A stretch of DNA of 64,000 nucleotides from Chiloscyllium plagiosum (lineage: Eukaryota), in contig NC_057757.1 of NCBI RefSeq assembly GCF_004010195.1, forward strand, positions 2,396,276 through 2,460,275, written 5' to 3'. A model generated the notes under the pieces. The model saw only the letters and a program-made list of their open reading frames with translations. It did no database searches and had not been told where the DNA came from. Positions 26,000 to 38,874 of this stretch are shown here, piece after piece. Position numbers and translations under genes: made by a program. Position 1 is the stretch's first letter. Each line of letters begins with the position of its first letter.

Positions 26000-26923
26000 C
26001 TGAAAGTGGAAAGCACTGCATGATTTAGAGCAGGAACCACCTGTGGGCAAGAGACTCTTTGTATCTTGCTTATCGTGAGAGATGAAGCACCTTAATTTCA
26101 GCAATACCCTCAACTCGTAAATAATGGCGGAGGAACTAGAGAAGCTGGGAGTGTCTCCAGTCAGAGACCATGGGGAGATTGAATAGATGTGTTCCACATT
26201 GTAAGCCAATGTGGCAGAGTGAACAAGGGGAAATTTTGACCACTGGCAGGAGAGTTGGTGGCCAGAGGACATTATTTGTAAAAGACTTGGAGGGGAGAGG
26301 ATAGCTTTTTCTTTACAATAGAGAGAGCTGCTGTGATCTGGAGCATGGTGGTTCAACAGTGACTTCCAAGAAGGAGAATTGGATGTTTGAAAAGAGCTGA
26401 AGGGCCACAAGGAAAGAGCAGCACAATTGGACTGCTCAAAGTGACAGCATGGGCTTGCTTGGGCCGAATGGCCTCATATAAATTAGGAACAGGGTTCTGC
26501 CCTGCTCCAAAATTCAATAAGATCATAGCTGATCCAATTGCAACAACAACTCCACATTCCCACTTAGCCCAATAACCTCCGTTGCTCATCAAGATTCCTT
26601 CTTCAGTGCTGGTCAATGTTACAACAACACCAGACTCTCGATGGCGAAGCTTTATTGGACTACCTCTGTTTAAAGTCAACAGGGAATTGGACCAGATATC
26701 AGAATAATGGCCCACCGTGCCTTGAGCCCACACTGACTCAGGCCAAACAGCATCATGTTCAGTTCCTGGTTAATACACAGTCAGAATGGATACTTATATG
26801 AAGTGCCAAAGGGGGGGGATGAGTGCTTGTGGAATCTATTATCACTTTCAGAAGGGGAGAGGGGTACATTGAAGGATGGGAGTTCCATATACCACATAAA
26901 CTGGATGCCCCTTCCCCACTTAC

Positions 26924-27014
26924 CTTGCTGGGACACCACATCATCCTGAACTACATTAGGCTTCACGGGTTCTGCACCAGTTTCCACCGGATCCCCAGGC
27001 GATCGGTCTAATAG
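26924..27014 (-). CDS. CNTROB: Centrobin coding exon 15
   Basis: LLDRSPGDPVETGAEPVKPNVVQDDVVSQQ; 91 nt; donor G|GTAAGT. Confidence 0.83.
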
Positions 27015-27519
27015 CTGACAGTACGGGAGAGAGGGAGAGACAGAGAAAATATTACGGAGTCACAAGACAAAAATAAACAACAAAACAACAGCAAGCTTTC
27101 AACTGGGCTGACAAAGCTTTTTAGAACATCCCTAAATCTACATCCCCGAATGCATTGATACTAAAAAGAAATGCACAAAGGCTATTTACACCCAGTCTCG
27201 AGCAATCACAGCAGGTCCGGGTGCTGCTCAGTAACCTAGCCTGTTTCAGAGAAACCATTTTACTCTTCACCTTTTCTTGGTTGTGAATCTTGACCAACAA
27301 ATCGCAGAACAACCAGCGGGTGAATTCAATTCCTTCCATCAACATTCGTTCCATCTGTGCATTCTGGGCACAGTTCAGCCTCACCAACTTGATATCGGGG
27401 CTGAAAGGGTTGGGTTAAACTATAAGGAATAAGCACAAAAGGTCAAACACGACCCAATGTGCAATGCTACATCTTCCTGCTTAAAGGCTGAGTAATGCTT
27501 GTGAGAACCACCCACCTAC

Positions 27520-27713
27520 CATCTGGATGTAATATTGGAGCTCGCTGCTTTGGGAGTTCTGCTCCTGGGAGGAGGACTGTCCACCTGATGACTCAAAGCT
27601 GCTGTTCTTGGTGGTTCCACCCTCGCTGGCCAGCTGATCATGGGTTAGCCTGCTGTCATCAGCGTCCTCGGTAAATGGGTGCTCAGCCAGCTCGTCTGGA
27701 TGGGCCCCAGAGG
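27520..27713 (-). CDS. CNTROB: Centrobin coding exon 14
   Basis: SGAHPDELAEHPFTED...SSELQYYIQM; ttctgtag| and |GTAGGT; 194 nt. Confidence 0.87.
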
Positions 27714-29134
27714 CTACAGAAAGAACACAAAGACAGTAGAATGAAAGGCCTCCCATGCATTCCCAGCACAAATCCTTTGGGTGGTGCAGGCTTTTCCAAA
27801 AGGAGGAGGCCAGGAAGATAGTCTTCAAGCAGCCAACATCTTGTCCACATCTCCCCTTTCACTCTTGACAACAACCCAAAACTTTCTCCTTCGGAGTGTT
27901 AAAAGACTACATAGTGCTGGCAAAGAACAGCAGGGAGTTGTCCCAGTGACTGGATTAACACTCCTCCATTCAACAAATCATTGCATTGCTCCAGCTCAGG
28001 AGAAGGCCATTCGGCCCACCGTATCTGCACCAGATCTCTGCAAGAGCAATGCGCCTTGTGTCACACTCCTGGCTTTTCCCTGTAGCCAACACACATTTCC
28101 CTTTTCAGATAATGCCTTGACTGAACCTGCTTGCAATCTGTTCTCAGGCAATGCATTCCAGATCCTAACTACCTGCTGCATTAAAGCCACTTTTGCTCAC
28201 ACTGCTCCTGCTTCTTTTACCAATCATTTTAAATTCAAAGTCCTCTGGTTCTCAGTTCGAAAGAAAAACTGCACTTTGCAGTCAATGTAATTTGTGAAGC
28301 ACTACTCTAACATAAGAATTAAAATTAAAAAGCAAATTGAATGGTTTTTAACCTCCATTTTGGAGTAAGGAATGGTAGCAGCACAGATCTAGCAGCCACA
28401 TGATGCTGGTGTGACTGTCAGGCAGGCAAAAACACACCTGTATCTCTCTCCAGTCTTCCTCAGGCTAGGGTTGCTCTCAACCCTTTATAGTCAATTAATT
28501 ACTTTTTGAGGTGGAGTCACTGTTGCATTGTAGGTCACTGAGCAGTCAGCTTGCACAAGGAAGCTATCATAAACTGTAATGATGGTAATCAGTTCTAGTT
28601 ACAGGCAGCACCCACAAACGCAAACAGACTCCATTCCACACAAGTCGATTTGTATTTAACACACAGGACAATATAAAGCAGCTGTTTGTCAGCACAGGAA
28701 ATGGTCTTTAAAATTACAGCACTGTATGGGATAACTTTCAGAAGTAGGACATCAGTAAATCAGGGACCCCCTTCATATCGGTTGTGGAGTGAACATTAGT
28801 TCCTGGACATAGGAGAGAACTTCCCCGCCTCTTCCTTCATTGGACCCATCATTCATTCAATCTTTTAAATTAGAAGCCCAGGGCAAAACAGGTCTCGGTT
28901 TACCTCGTCATCTGAATGACTGAACATTTAACTCAATACCTGCTCACAGAATGTTGACGTAGACAACAGGGTCAGGTTCCGGAACTGGATTTGAATCCAT
29001 GATTTGGAGACTCTGAGGAGTGGAGGAGGATGTGAGAAGGGGCAGAGAAAGAGGGGAGCAGGGGGAGCAGCACAGGGTGGAAACGTAGAAAGGAGGAGAG
29101 AGAGAAGAAAGAAATGTGGAAGGGGGCACGGAGA

Positions 29135-30127
29135 NNNNNNNNNNNNNNNNNNNNNNNNNNNNNNNNNNNNNNNNNNNNNNNNNNNNNNNNNNNNNNNNNN
29201 NNNNNNNNNNNNNNNNNNNNNNNNNNNNNNNNNNNNNNNNNNNNNNNNNNNNNNNNNNNNNNNNNNNNNNNNNNNNNNNNNNNNNNNNNNNNNNNNNNNN
29301 NNNNNNNNNNNNNNNNNNNNNNNNNNNNNNNNNNNNNNNNNNNNNNNNNNNNNNNNNNNNNNNNNNNNNNNNNNNNNNNNNNNNNNNNNNNNNNNNNNNN
29401 NNNNNNNNNNNNNNNNNNNNNNNNNNNNNNNNNNNNNNNNNNNNNNNNNNNNNNNNNNNNNNNNNNNNNNNNNNNNNNNNNNNNNNNNNNNNNNNNNNNN
29501 NNNNNNNNNNNNNNNNNNNNNNNNNNNNNNNNNNNNNNNNNNNNNNNNNNNNNNNNNNNNNNNNNNNNNNNNNNNNNNNNNNNNNNNNNNNNNNNNNNNN
29601 NNNNNNNNNNNNNNNNNNNNNNNNNNNNNNNNNNNNNNNNNNNNNNNNNNNNNNNNNNNNNNNNNNNNNNNNNNNNNNNNNNNNNNNNNNNNNNNNNNNN
29701 NNNNNNNNNNNNNNNNNNNNNNNNNNNNNNNNNNNNNNNNNNNNNNNNNNNNNNNNNNNNNNNNNNNNNNNNNNNNNNNNNNNNNNNNNNNNNNNNNNNN
29801 NNNNNNNNNNNNNNNNNNNNNNNNNNNNNNNNNNNNNNNNNNNNNNNNNNNNNNNNNNNNNNNNNNNNNNNNNNNNNNNNNNNNNNNNNNNNNNNNNNNN
29901 NNNNNNNNNNNNNNNNNNNNNNNNNNNNNNNNNNNNNNNNNNNNNNNNNNNNNNNNNNNNNNNNNNNNNNNNNNNNNNNNNNNNNNNNNNNNNNNNNNNN
30001 NNNNNNNNNNNNNNNNNNNNNNNNNNNNNNNNNNNNNNNNNNNNNNNNNNNNNNNNNNNNNNNNNNNNNNNNNNNNNNNNNNNNNNNNNNNNNNNNNNNN
30101 NNNNNNNNNNNNNNNNNNNNNNNNNNN
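29135..30127. other. Assembly gap (run of N) in CNTROB intron 13
   Basis: Continuous N, flanked by purine-rich low-complexity sequence. Confidence 0.99.
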
Positions 30128-30836
30128 GGGAAGTGGGGGGGAAAGGGAGACGAGGGAGGGGTATTCACACATGGAATGTGGGCAATTAAGAGTCAACTAC
30201 ATTACTCTGGGTCTGGAGTCACATGTAGGCTAGACCAGGTAAGGGTGGCAGTTTCTTTCCCTAAAGGGCATTAATAAACCAGCTAGGTTTTTCCGACAAT
30301 CAATAATGGATTCATAAGACCATAAGACATAGGGGCAGAAACTCGGCCATTCAACCCATCGAGTCTGTTCTGCCATTCAATCATGGCTGATAAGTTTCTT
30401 ATCCCCATTTTCCTGGTTTCTCCCCTTAACCCTTGATACTAAAGAACAAATCTACCTCAGTCTTAGATATAGTCAATTTCCTGGCTTCCACAGCCTTCTG
30501 TGGCAATGAATTCCATAGATCCACCACTCTCTGGCTGAAGTTTCTCCTTATCTCCATTCAAAAAGATCTTTCCTTTTCTCTAAGGCTGTGTCCTTGGGTC
30601 CTAGTCTCTCCTACCAATAACTAATTCATGGTTATCAGTAGATTCTTACTTCCAGATTCTTTGTTGAATTCAAATTCCACCATCTACCATGGTGGGATTT
30701 GAACCCAGGTCCCCAGAACATTTGCTGGATTTCTGGATTAATATTCGAGTGATAAGACCACCAGGCCATCACCACCCCAAAGAGGGAGAGGTGCAGAGGG
30801 AAGTAGGCTACCTCTTATGCCCAGGTTCTGCTTTAC

Positions 30837-31608
30837 CTGTTACCATGGTCTCATCCACCTGTGGCTCCAGAGGCTGGAAGCTGCCGTGGCTGAGGAAGCT
30901 GTAATTTAACAATTGGCTGAGGTCTTCCAATGATGGATGGTAGGGCAGCAGAGGGAGCATCATTGACTGATTCTGGCTCTGCTCAGAGAAACACAAGTTC
31001 CCAGACAGTGGTGGCTGGTCACCACAGTGCGGGGGACCCTGCTGCGGGTAACCTCCCCCTTTCATCAGGGGCTTCAGAGTTTCGGCAGCAGTTGAAGCCA
31101 GCGTATGATGTCTGCTGAGGTTGTTGGGACACGGGTCAGACTCCTGGTCTTTGGCTGCCATCGATGCCAGTTGGTGAGAGGGAGCCTGTACCACAGGCTG
31201 CAAGGGAACGCCCTGAGGAAAGGAACCATGGAAGCTATGACCATCCAATGTGGAATTATCCACGAATACACAAGCCTCTCGGTTAGTGTAGGAGGGTCGT
31301 CCGCCCTCAATCCTGTCTCCCTGAACCTTGCAATCTGGAGCCAGCGTGGAGAAATGGGATTCCTCCCTTTGGCTGACACAGGTAGAGTTCTGCAGTTTGA
31401 CCAGATTCTTGTGCACTTGGGCGCCAGACGCATGAGTGTCCCTGCTTTCGGAGGAATGCTTCAGCCAGTCAGTGTCTGAGGTTGGGACAGGGTAAGGCAC
31501 TGTAGAGGAAGACGAGAGATCTGAGTTGTTGATGGCTTCCGAGGCCGATGTTGTGCGGTTAAGTTCCGTATAAACAGGCACTTGGTTGTGACGAAGGGCA
31601 GGTTGCTG
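30837..31608 (-). CDS. CNTROB: Centrobin coding exon 13 (large, S/P/Q-rich)
   Basis: 772-nt open frame ending DLSQLLNYSFLSHGSFQPLEPQVDETMVT (SFQPLEP motif). Donor ACAG|GTAAAG gives the phase 1 that the next exon needs. Confidence 0.82.
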
Positions 31609-33030
31609 CTGGAGACATTAACACAGAGTTGTTAGAACTGTCACCTACCAAAGAATGACTTACAAATAAAAACACATTTGTATTACCTTAACGTAACGTG
31701 GGATAGAGGCATAGCAGAGCTGGAATGACTCCTCTGCACTCCAGTAATAGTGCTTCCGCAGCAAGGCATAGAATTACAATGACCCCAGGAGTTTGACTGT
31801 CAACCAGTGCAACCAAAGTAAGCACCCATTAATGTAACAAACACAGTACAATCCAGCAATGACATTTAACACGTTTAACATCAAACTGACAGTATTGAAA
31901 CAGGCCATTCAGACCATGCTGGTATTTATGCCCTCCTTTAATCCCTTCCCTTCAAAGTTCTTTCTCCCTCTTATTTATTCAACATCCCCTTAAAAGTACC
32001 CAAATGATTCACTGCAACCACTTCCAGTGGCAATGGGTACCCAGAGAACTGGAAAAGAGGTTCCTCCTGAGTTTGTTAACATCTTATTGATGGCCCTTAG
32101 GTCAGGTCGTCTCCACAACAGGAAACATCTTCTCAATGCCTCCTCCATCAAAGCTTTTCATCATTTTAAATTAAGCATCAGCATGAAGATTATGTTAAAT
32201 CTGTATAAAACACTGGTGCAGCCTTGGCTGGAGTAACTGTCTCCTTGTGGGCACGACAATTTAGAAAGGATTACACTTGAGGAATTCTTCCTTGTGGTTA
32301 CCTCTGACTTCCTAATCCAAATGAAGATGAAAGTCACTGATGATTAATATACTGCCTTTTTACAAGGCTTCATTATCTCCTGATTTATTCTCTGTCCTGC
32401 CAAGTACTACTACTTGGGGTCCTTTAACCTCGTCCTGACAGTGTGCTTTCGTCCCTTTGTTATTTCTGACCTCCATTAACATGGAATCTATAGTTTCTGG
32501 TCAAAGATGTTTTTTGCTGTTGCCTCCATACCTCCGAACCACCACCCTTTCCCTCCTGCCTGTGCTTTCAAAAAGTCACATACCTCTGAATATTTAGTTA
32601 CCAGCTTTGATCTCCTTGTAACCATGTCTCTGTAATGGCTATAAGGTCATATCCATTCACCTTCATTTGTAGCATCAATTCATTTATTTTATTCCAAGTC
32701 CAATGCAATGGAAAACATGCGGGTAGGACAAGCTGGAAGTCCCCACAACTCAAACATCCACACCCAAGTGGCCTGCAGCAAGTGATTAGGAAGGCAAATG
32801 GGAGGTTGGTATTTGCTGCAAGGGGAATCGAGTTAAAAAGTAGCAAAGTATTGCTGCAGCTCTACATGGAGCTAGTGCGACCACATCTGGGAGTACAGAG
32901 TTCTGGTCTCTTACTGAAGGAAAGATATAACTGCACGAGTAGCTGGTCAGAGAATGTTCACTTGACTGAGTCTGGAGATGAAGGGGTTTACTTTATGACA
33001 AAAGATCAAGCAGTTTGGATCTTTACTCAG

Positions 33031-33219
33031 GAGAAAGTGAGGACTGCAGATGCAGGAGATCAGAGTCAAGAGTGTGGTGCTGGAAAAGAACAGGTCAGGC
33101 AACATCCGAGGAGCAGGGCATTTGATGTTTCGGGCACAAGCCCTTTATCAATGGGATTCCTGATGAAGGGCTAATGCCCGAAATGTCGATTCTCCTGCTC
33201 CTAGGATACTGCCTGACCT
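33031..33219. mobile_element. Palindromic Penelope-derived insertion carrying a hammerhead motif; 14-bp TSD
   Basis: Inverted arms around about 33153; GGATCTTTA(C/T)TCAG at 33017-33030 and 33220-33233; interrupts a CR1. Confidence 0.75.
33153..33194 (+). ncRNA. Minimal type I hammerhead ribozyme motif; activity untested
   Basis: CUGAUGA (33160-66), A, GGGC-UAAU-GCCC stem II, GAAA (33180-83), UGUC; stem I GGGAUUC/GAUUCUC pairs at 6 of 7 positions. Confidence 0.6.
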
Positions 33220-33329
33220 GGATCTTTATTCAGTAGTGTTTAGAAGAATGGGAGGTGACCTTATTGAAATAGACAAGGTTCTGAGCAGGCTTGATAGGGA
33301 AAGCACTGAAAGGATAGCAGGGATGTTAA

Positions 33330-34252
33330 GGATGGCACAATAGCTCAGTAGTTAGCATTGCTGCCTCACAGCACCACGGACCAGTGTTCGATTCTAGCCT
33401 TGAATGACTGTCTATGTATAACTTGCATGTTCTCCTTACGTTAGTGTGCGTTTCTGTCGGATTCTTTGGTTTCGTCCCACAGTCCACAGATGTGCAGGTT
33501 AAGGTGGATTGGCCATGGGAAATTGTCCCATAGTGTCCAGGGATATGCAGGTTAGGCGAGTTAGCCATGGGAAATGCAGGGTTATGGGGATAGGATATCG
33601 GGGTGGGTCCTGGTGGGATACTCTTTGGAAGGTCAGTGTGGACTCAGGCCAAATGGCTTGCTTTCACACTGTAGGGATTCTATGATGTTTCTCCTTGTGG
33701 AAGATCATGTGGTCTCCCATATAAGATGAAAAGGAGAAGAAATATTTTCTCCGGTGGTCAGTTTTGTGAACAATGGAAGTGGGGCAATAATTATATTCAG
33801 GGCTGAGGTGGAAAGATCTCTGATCAACAAGGGAGTCAAGGGATATTTTCTTCTCAGGACTATTACCCTCTGGTGAGCTTCAGTTGGAAGAACATTTTTT
33901 TTCCCCCATCTGGGGACCCTATAGCCTCAATATTGTGATCCTTCATAGAATCAGATAATCCGTACAATGTGGAAGCAGGCCATTCAGCCCACTGAGTCCA
34001 CATTGACCCTCTGAAGAGCATCCCACCCAGATCCACCCCCTACCCGATCTCTGTAACCCTGCATTTCCCATGACCAATCCACCTAACCTGCACATCCTTG
34101 GACCGTGGGATGAAACTGGAGTGCCCAGAGGAAACCCACGCAAACACAGGGAGAATATGCAAACTCCACACAAATGGTGGTCTGAACTGGAATCGAACAT
34201 GGGTCCCTGGGGTCGTGAGGCAGCAGTGCTAAACACAGATACTGTGCCGCAC
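33330..34252. mobile_element. Two HE1-like SINEs in inverted, tail-to-tail orientation (33330-33685 plus; 33945-34252 minus)
   Basis: Head and tail motifs appear on opposite strands. Confidence 0.72.
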
Positions 34253-34408
34253 CCTGTTAAACAAGAACATCAAAGGTCAAACGGGGAATGTGGCATTCTA
34301 CAAATAAACAAATTGGCAGGCCCAAGGGGCCACATGATCTCTCGCTGCTCCTAACTCTTGTGTTCAAGTCTACTGGGTGTATGTGTGAGGCATCTTTCGG
34401 CCACGTAC

Positions 34409-34580
34409 CGAGAATCTCTGGAGGCCTGGGGGCGAGTCTTCGGACATCAGCACTTTCAGTGCTTCGTTCCAGTGTGTCTGCATCATGCTCTGCAACTTGA
34501 TCACCATCTCACCTCGCTGCACCTCCAGCTTCCTCTTAGTGGTGAGGAGTCTGCCCATCTCCTCCTGCACCTTCGCCAGC
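34409..34580 (-). CDS. CNTROB: Centrobin coding exon 12
   Basis: LAKVQEEMGRLLTTKRKLEVQRGEMVIKLQSMMQTHWNEALKVL...FS; 172 nt; donor TCG|GTACGT. Confidence 0.88.
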
Positions 34581-35004
34581 CTACAGCCCGTCATGCAAGA
34601 GAGGAAGACTTGCAATTAGACAGCACCCGTCAATGCGATGCCTCCCAAAGTAACTTACAGCCAATGGCGTACTTCATAAAAAGTGCAGTCACCATTATGA
34701 GGCAAAAAATGCAACAGATAAACTCTGTCGAGCAAGAACGGGATTGCGATCAAAATTTACTATTGACCATGATCAAGAGATAATCGTCAGCTGCAGGACG
34801 CTGGGGCAATCTTCACCGCTTTCTGTTGTAACAGTGGTCCTATGTCAAACTGAGAGGTCTCTGTCTATTGTCCCGTTTCAAAGGCAGCACCTCAAAGGGT
34901 GCAGCTCTCCTTGGTACTGCTCTGGGAAGCTTGGCCTGCTCGAGTATCTAGGTGGGGAGCTGTGTAGGCAAATAAAGTACAAACATAGGATTTCAGAGAG
35001 CTAA

Positions 35005-35191
35005 CACAGAAATTGCTGGAAAGGCTCAGCAGGTCTGGCAGCTTCTGTGGAAAGAAATCAGATTCAAGGTTTTGGACCAAAAACATTATCTCTGGTTTCT
35101 CTCCACAAATGCTGCCAGACATGCTGAGCTGTTCCAGCGATTTGTATTTTTGTTTCTGATTTACAGCATCCGCACTTCTTTTGGTTTTATA
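35005..35191. mobile_element. Palindromic Penelope-derived insertion, third family, centre deleted
   Basis: Inverted arms; TSD TCAGAGAGCTAA at 34993-35004 and 35192-35203. Confidence 0.7.
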
Positions 35192-35404
35192 TCAGAGAGC
35201 TAATTGCTTTCAAAGAAAACAAAACATATTTTCTGGGTTGATTCCTTAAAAGTTTTCACTTTTTTTGTGTTAAAAAGGAATTTGCAAGGCTTTGCTTAGT
35301 CTGAGATTTTGAGAGGAGGTGGTTTGAGAATGGTTGCAGAGACAGAGGCAATAGGTCTTGAACCCATGACCCGTTACTCTAGATTGAAAGACTGCATTAA
35401 TGGG

Positions 35405-36015
35405 CATTAATATAGGAGTTGGGAGATCATGCTGCGGCTGTGCAGGACATTGGTTAGGCCACTTTTGGAATGTTGTGCGCAATTCTGGTCTCCCTGTTAT
35501 AGGAAAGCTGTTGTGAAACGTGAAAGGGTTCAGAAAAGATTGGCGAGAATGTTGCTGGGATTGGAGGGTTTGAACTAGAGGGAGAGGCTGTACAGGCGGA
35601 GGCTTTTTTCTCTGGAGTGTCAGAGGCTAAAGGGTGACCATATAGAGGTTTATGGATGAGAGGCATGGATAAGGTGAACAGCCAAGGTCTTTTTCCCAGG
35701 GTAGGGGAGTCCAAAACTAGAGGGCATAGGTTTAAGGTGAGATGGGAAAGATTTAAAAGGGGTCCAAGGGACAACTTTTTCACACAGAAGGTGGTACATA
35801 TACAGAATGAATTGCTAGAGCAAGTGGTAGAGGTTAGTACAATGGCAACATTTAAAAGACATCTGGATGGGTACATGAATAGGAAGGGTTTAAGAGGGAT
35901 ATGGGCTTAACGCTGACAACGGGACTAGATTAATTTAGGATACCTGGTCAGCACAGACGAATTCGACAGAAAGGTCTGTTTCTGTGCTGGATAAGTCTTT
36001 GACTATGACTCTATG
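35405..36015 (+). mobile_element. CR1 3' fragment
   Basis: RGMDKVNSQGLFPRVGESKTRGHRFKVR and a (CTATGA)n tail. Confidence 0.8.
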
Positions 36016-36817
36016 ACAGAAACTCTGTCCTCGTCTACTGAGCCAAATGACTGTTGTTTGTAATATGGATGCCGGGATTGGGGGAAACAAGTGCAAGAAA
36101 CACCCAGCAGGTCAGACAGCATCCATGGAGAGAGAAACAGAGTTATTGTTTCAGAGTTGACCATCAGCTCTGAAAGGAAGACATGGAGCTGAAACACAAA
36201 CTTGTTTTCTCTCTGCCCAGATGCCACCTGACCCGGTGAGCATTTTGGAAACCTGGTCAGCATGGACAAGTTGGACCGAAGGGTCTGCTTCCACACTGAA
36301 CATCTCTATAACACTATGACTGAGATCCAGTGACCTCGGTAGACTACTTACTTTGATTAAACAGAGTCTCTGGATTTTAAGAGGCTTTGCATGATGCTCA
36401 TCATCATGAAATTGTTCACTCCTACTTTCTGTTGCTGTGCACTCGTACCAAACATTGTCTGTTCTACTGTGGGTAACCAATACTGGGAGCTTCAACAGAC
36501 TATTCCCAAAGTAATATTTGGACATGGGCGTCGTTGGCAAGGCCAGCACTTCTCATTCATCACTAATTGCCCTTGAACTGAGGGCCTTATTTGGTCATTT
36601 CAGAGTCAAATCACTTTGCTATAGATCTGGAGTCACACGTAGCCAGACCAAGCAAGGACAGAAGATTTCACATAATAAATCGCAAGCTACAGGACAGTTG
36701 GGAACATACCAGGCTGTGCAAAAAGGCCAAGCACCACAAAGGAGAATAGAAGGAGGGAGCTTCAGTGGCAATCAAAGCAAAATAGAAGTAATTTTGTTTT
36801 AAAAACAAACCCCCTAC

Positions 36818-36943
36818 CTGATCTCATACCCCTCAGCTATGCCACGGTGCCTCTCCTCTCGCTCCTGCAGTTCCGATTTGAACTCAGCTAGCTGCTTACC
36901 CATCTCGACCTCATGCTGTGTAGCCATTTCCATGATCTGTTTC
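36818..36943 (-). CDS. CNTROB: Centrobin coding exon 11
   Basis: KQIMEMATQHEVEMGKQLAEFKSELQEREERHRGIAEGYEI; 126 nt, phase 2 to 2. Confidence 0.9.
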
Positions 36944-38219
36944 CTAAAGAGCAGGACAAGAAAAATCAGACATCACAATCTCCAACAAGAGCAAGGTGTT
37001 TTAGCCACAAAGCTTAAGTTAGCATCCTTGGGGATCTTGTGGTACAATGGTAATATCTGTATCTCTGAGCCAGGAGGTTCACATTCAAGTCACATCTGAA
37101 CAGAAAATTAGAAAATATCTCAGATCATTCAGAAAACTTGCTCCAGGTTTGCAGAGTCTGGAGTTCTCGGGCTCTTGTGGTGAGGTGATAGTGTCCCCAC
37201 TCTGATCAGGGGCTCTGAGCTCAAGTCCCACTTCCTCCAGAGGAAGACAATAACATTTCTCAACAGGTTGATTAGAAAATAACCAGTAATAAATATCGTC
37301 CCACTCACAGGTCGACGCCAAGGCAGACATCCAGCTCACGTGGATTAAAGGGACGGCATGCAATCCATAGCTGAATACACTTCCTCCTTCGCTTGATCAG
37401 TAAAGTCCCACACATACACCCATTTGCTTCCAGCCCTCACCAAAAGGGCTGTTGTAGTATAGTGGTAGAATCCCTACCTCTAGCACAGAAGGCTAGGGTT
37501 CAAGTCCCAACTTCTCCAGAGGTGTGCAATGGTATTTCTGAACGGGCAGTTTAGAAAACACCATTCTTTTTTCTAGATTCCATAATGGCTCATTGTCCTC
37601 ATCACAGTTTACAATTTTTCAAAAGTTAGGATCGATTGCAAAATTTGAAAATTAGCCCTCTTTCAAAAGTTCTAGATCATTTGGACTGGAGGCTAGCTGC
37701 CAGCGTGAACTGGGTTAGAAGGACCATTGTTCTGAACTCTATTTGTCTAATTTCTAATTTATTCTAACAATCTGCAATGCTGGACTTCTTAATTCTTTAT
37801 TTTCTAATTTTTTTCCCTAAGAACTTGTGGTGAAGAACCTGTACCTTTCTGCCTACAATGGCGCCGTACAAGGCGAATTGTAAACTTTTCACTGTAGTCA
37901 TCTGAATATATGTGACAATAAAGCTAATTAATTTATTTATATCTCTCCAGCCCCCTACCTTTCCAAATGCTAACCCTCATGCATGGGCTCTGCTGCTAAG
38001 TGTTTGGGTAAGTATCATGGACAGCAGGGTGAATAAAGGGGTTGCCAGTTGATATTTGTGTTTCCAAAAGCAGCCACGTAAGAAAACTGCTACTCTCATC
38101 TTTACTGTACGAGAGCATCGTTTGTCAAAACTGGGAAAATCAAAAGAGAGGGCGTGGGTGACAGCAAGAGGTAGTTCCCTGAACATAGCCAGCACGAGCA
38201 GAGGGAGGGGGACATTTAC

Positions 38220-38353
38220 CTGAGCTGCTCCCGCACAGCGGCCGTCTGCCGGATGCTGTCTTCATGCACGGCTGCCAGGCGCTCAGTCACCTGCTGTTCC
38301 AGGGCCATCTTAAACTCTGTCTCGCTCTTGACCCGCTGCGATTCAGAGCGTGC
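38220..38353 (-). CDS. CNTROB: Centrobin coding exon 10
   Basis: ARSESQRVKSETEFKMALEQQVTERLAAVHEDSIRQTAAVREQL; 134 nt, ends phase 2. Confidence 0.9.
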
Positions 38354-38874
38354 CTGCAGCAGGGACACATGCAGCGTTAACACTCAACTTGGCTTGTTTG
38401 AGTGCAGGGCGCTTACCTCTCAAAGCTGAGCCTGCATTTGTTGAGTTCGCCAGTCTAGATCAGGACCAGAAATCCTGTCCCATCCCTCCTGGCTAACTCA
38501 GATAGTACTGAACTTCTCAGTCAGCCTCAGACAGTTTAGTACAGTTGTCTGTTTGGAATACAAAGACCAGGAAACAGAGGGACAATCAAATGTAGATTAC
38601 AATGAAAAATCGGTCCCCCTCTCTGCTCTTTCAGTTCCAGGGACAGAGTGGGAGAATGGAAATAAATGGACGCAAAGGGCCTATTTGCCTCCTTCTGTGC
38701 TGCTCATGACTTTATATTCCATCCCTTCATCTGTCTGCTCTCTCCTATTCGGCCTCATGGGTTAAGTGCAAGACTGCTGGATGGCTTTCCCCTGCTTCAG
38801 AGGCACGGAGTCCTACCGAGCACCAGCTACTGGCTCAGCAAAAGCAAATTCACCAGACAACCTCCAAAGTGTCA

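Noticed and set aside
25796..26410. 204-aa minus-strand ORF as a CNTROB exon
   Set aside because: It is in the wrong frame. Only 25814-25999 in the other frame fits the splice phases and the KAVQKVKV motif.
28928..30274. Long ORFs of 357-422 aa in the ORF track
   Set aside because: They are artefacts of translating through the N gap.
30808..30836. Later donor AG|GTAGCC for exon 13, with a hidden exon in the N gap
   Set aside because: The 30837 donor joins exon 14 in frame and gives a centrobin-like junction, so no extra exon is needed.
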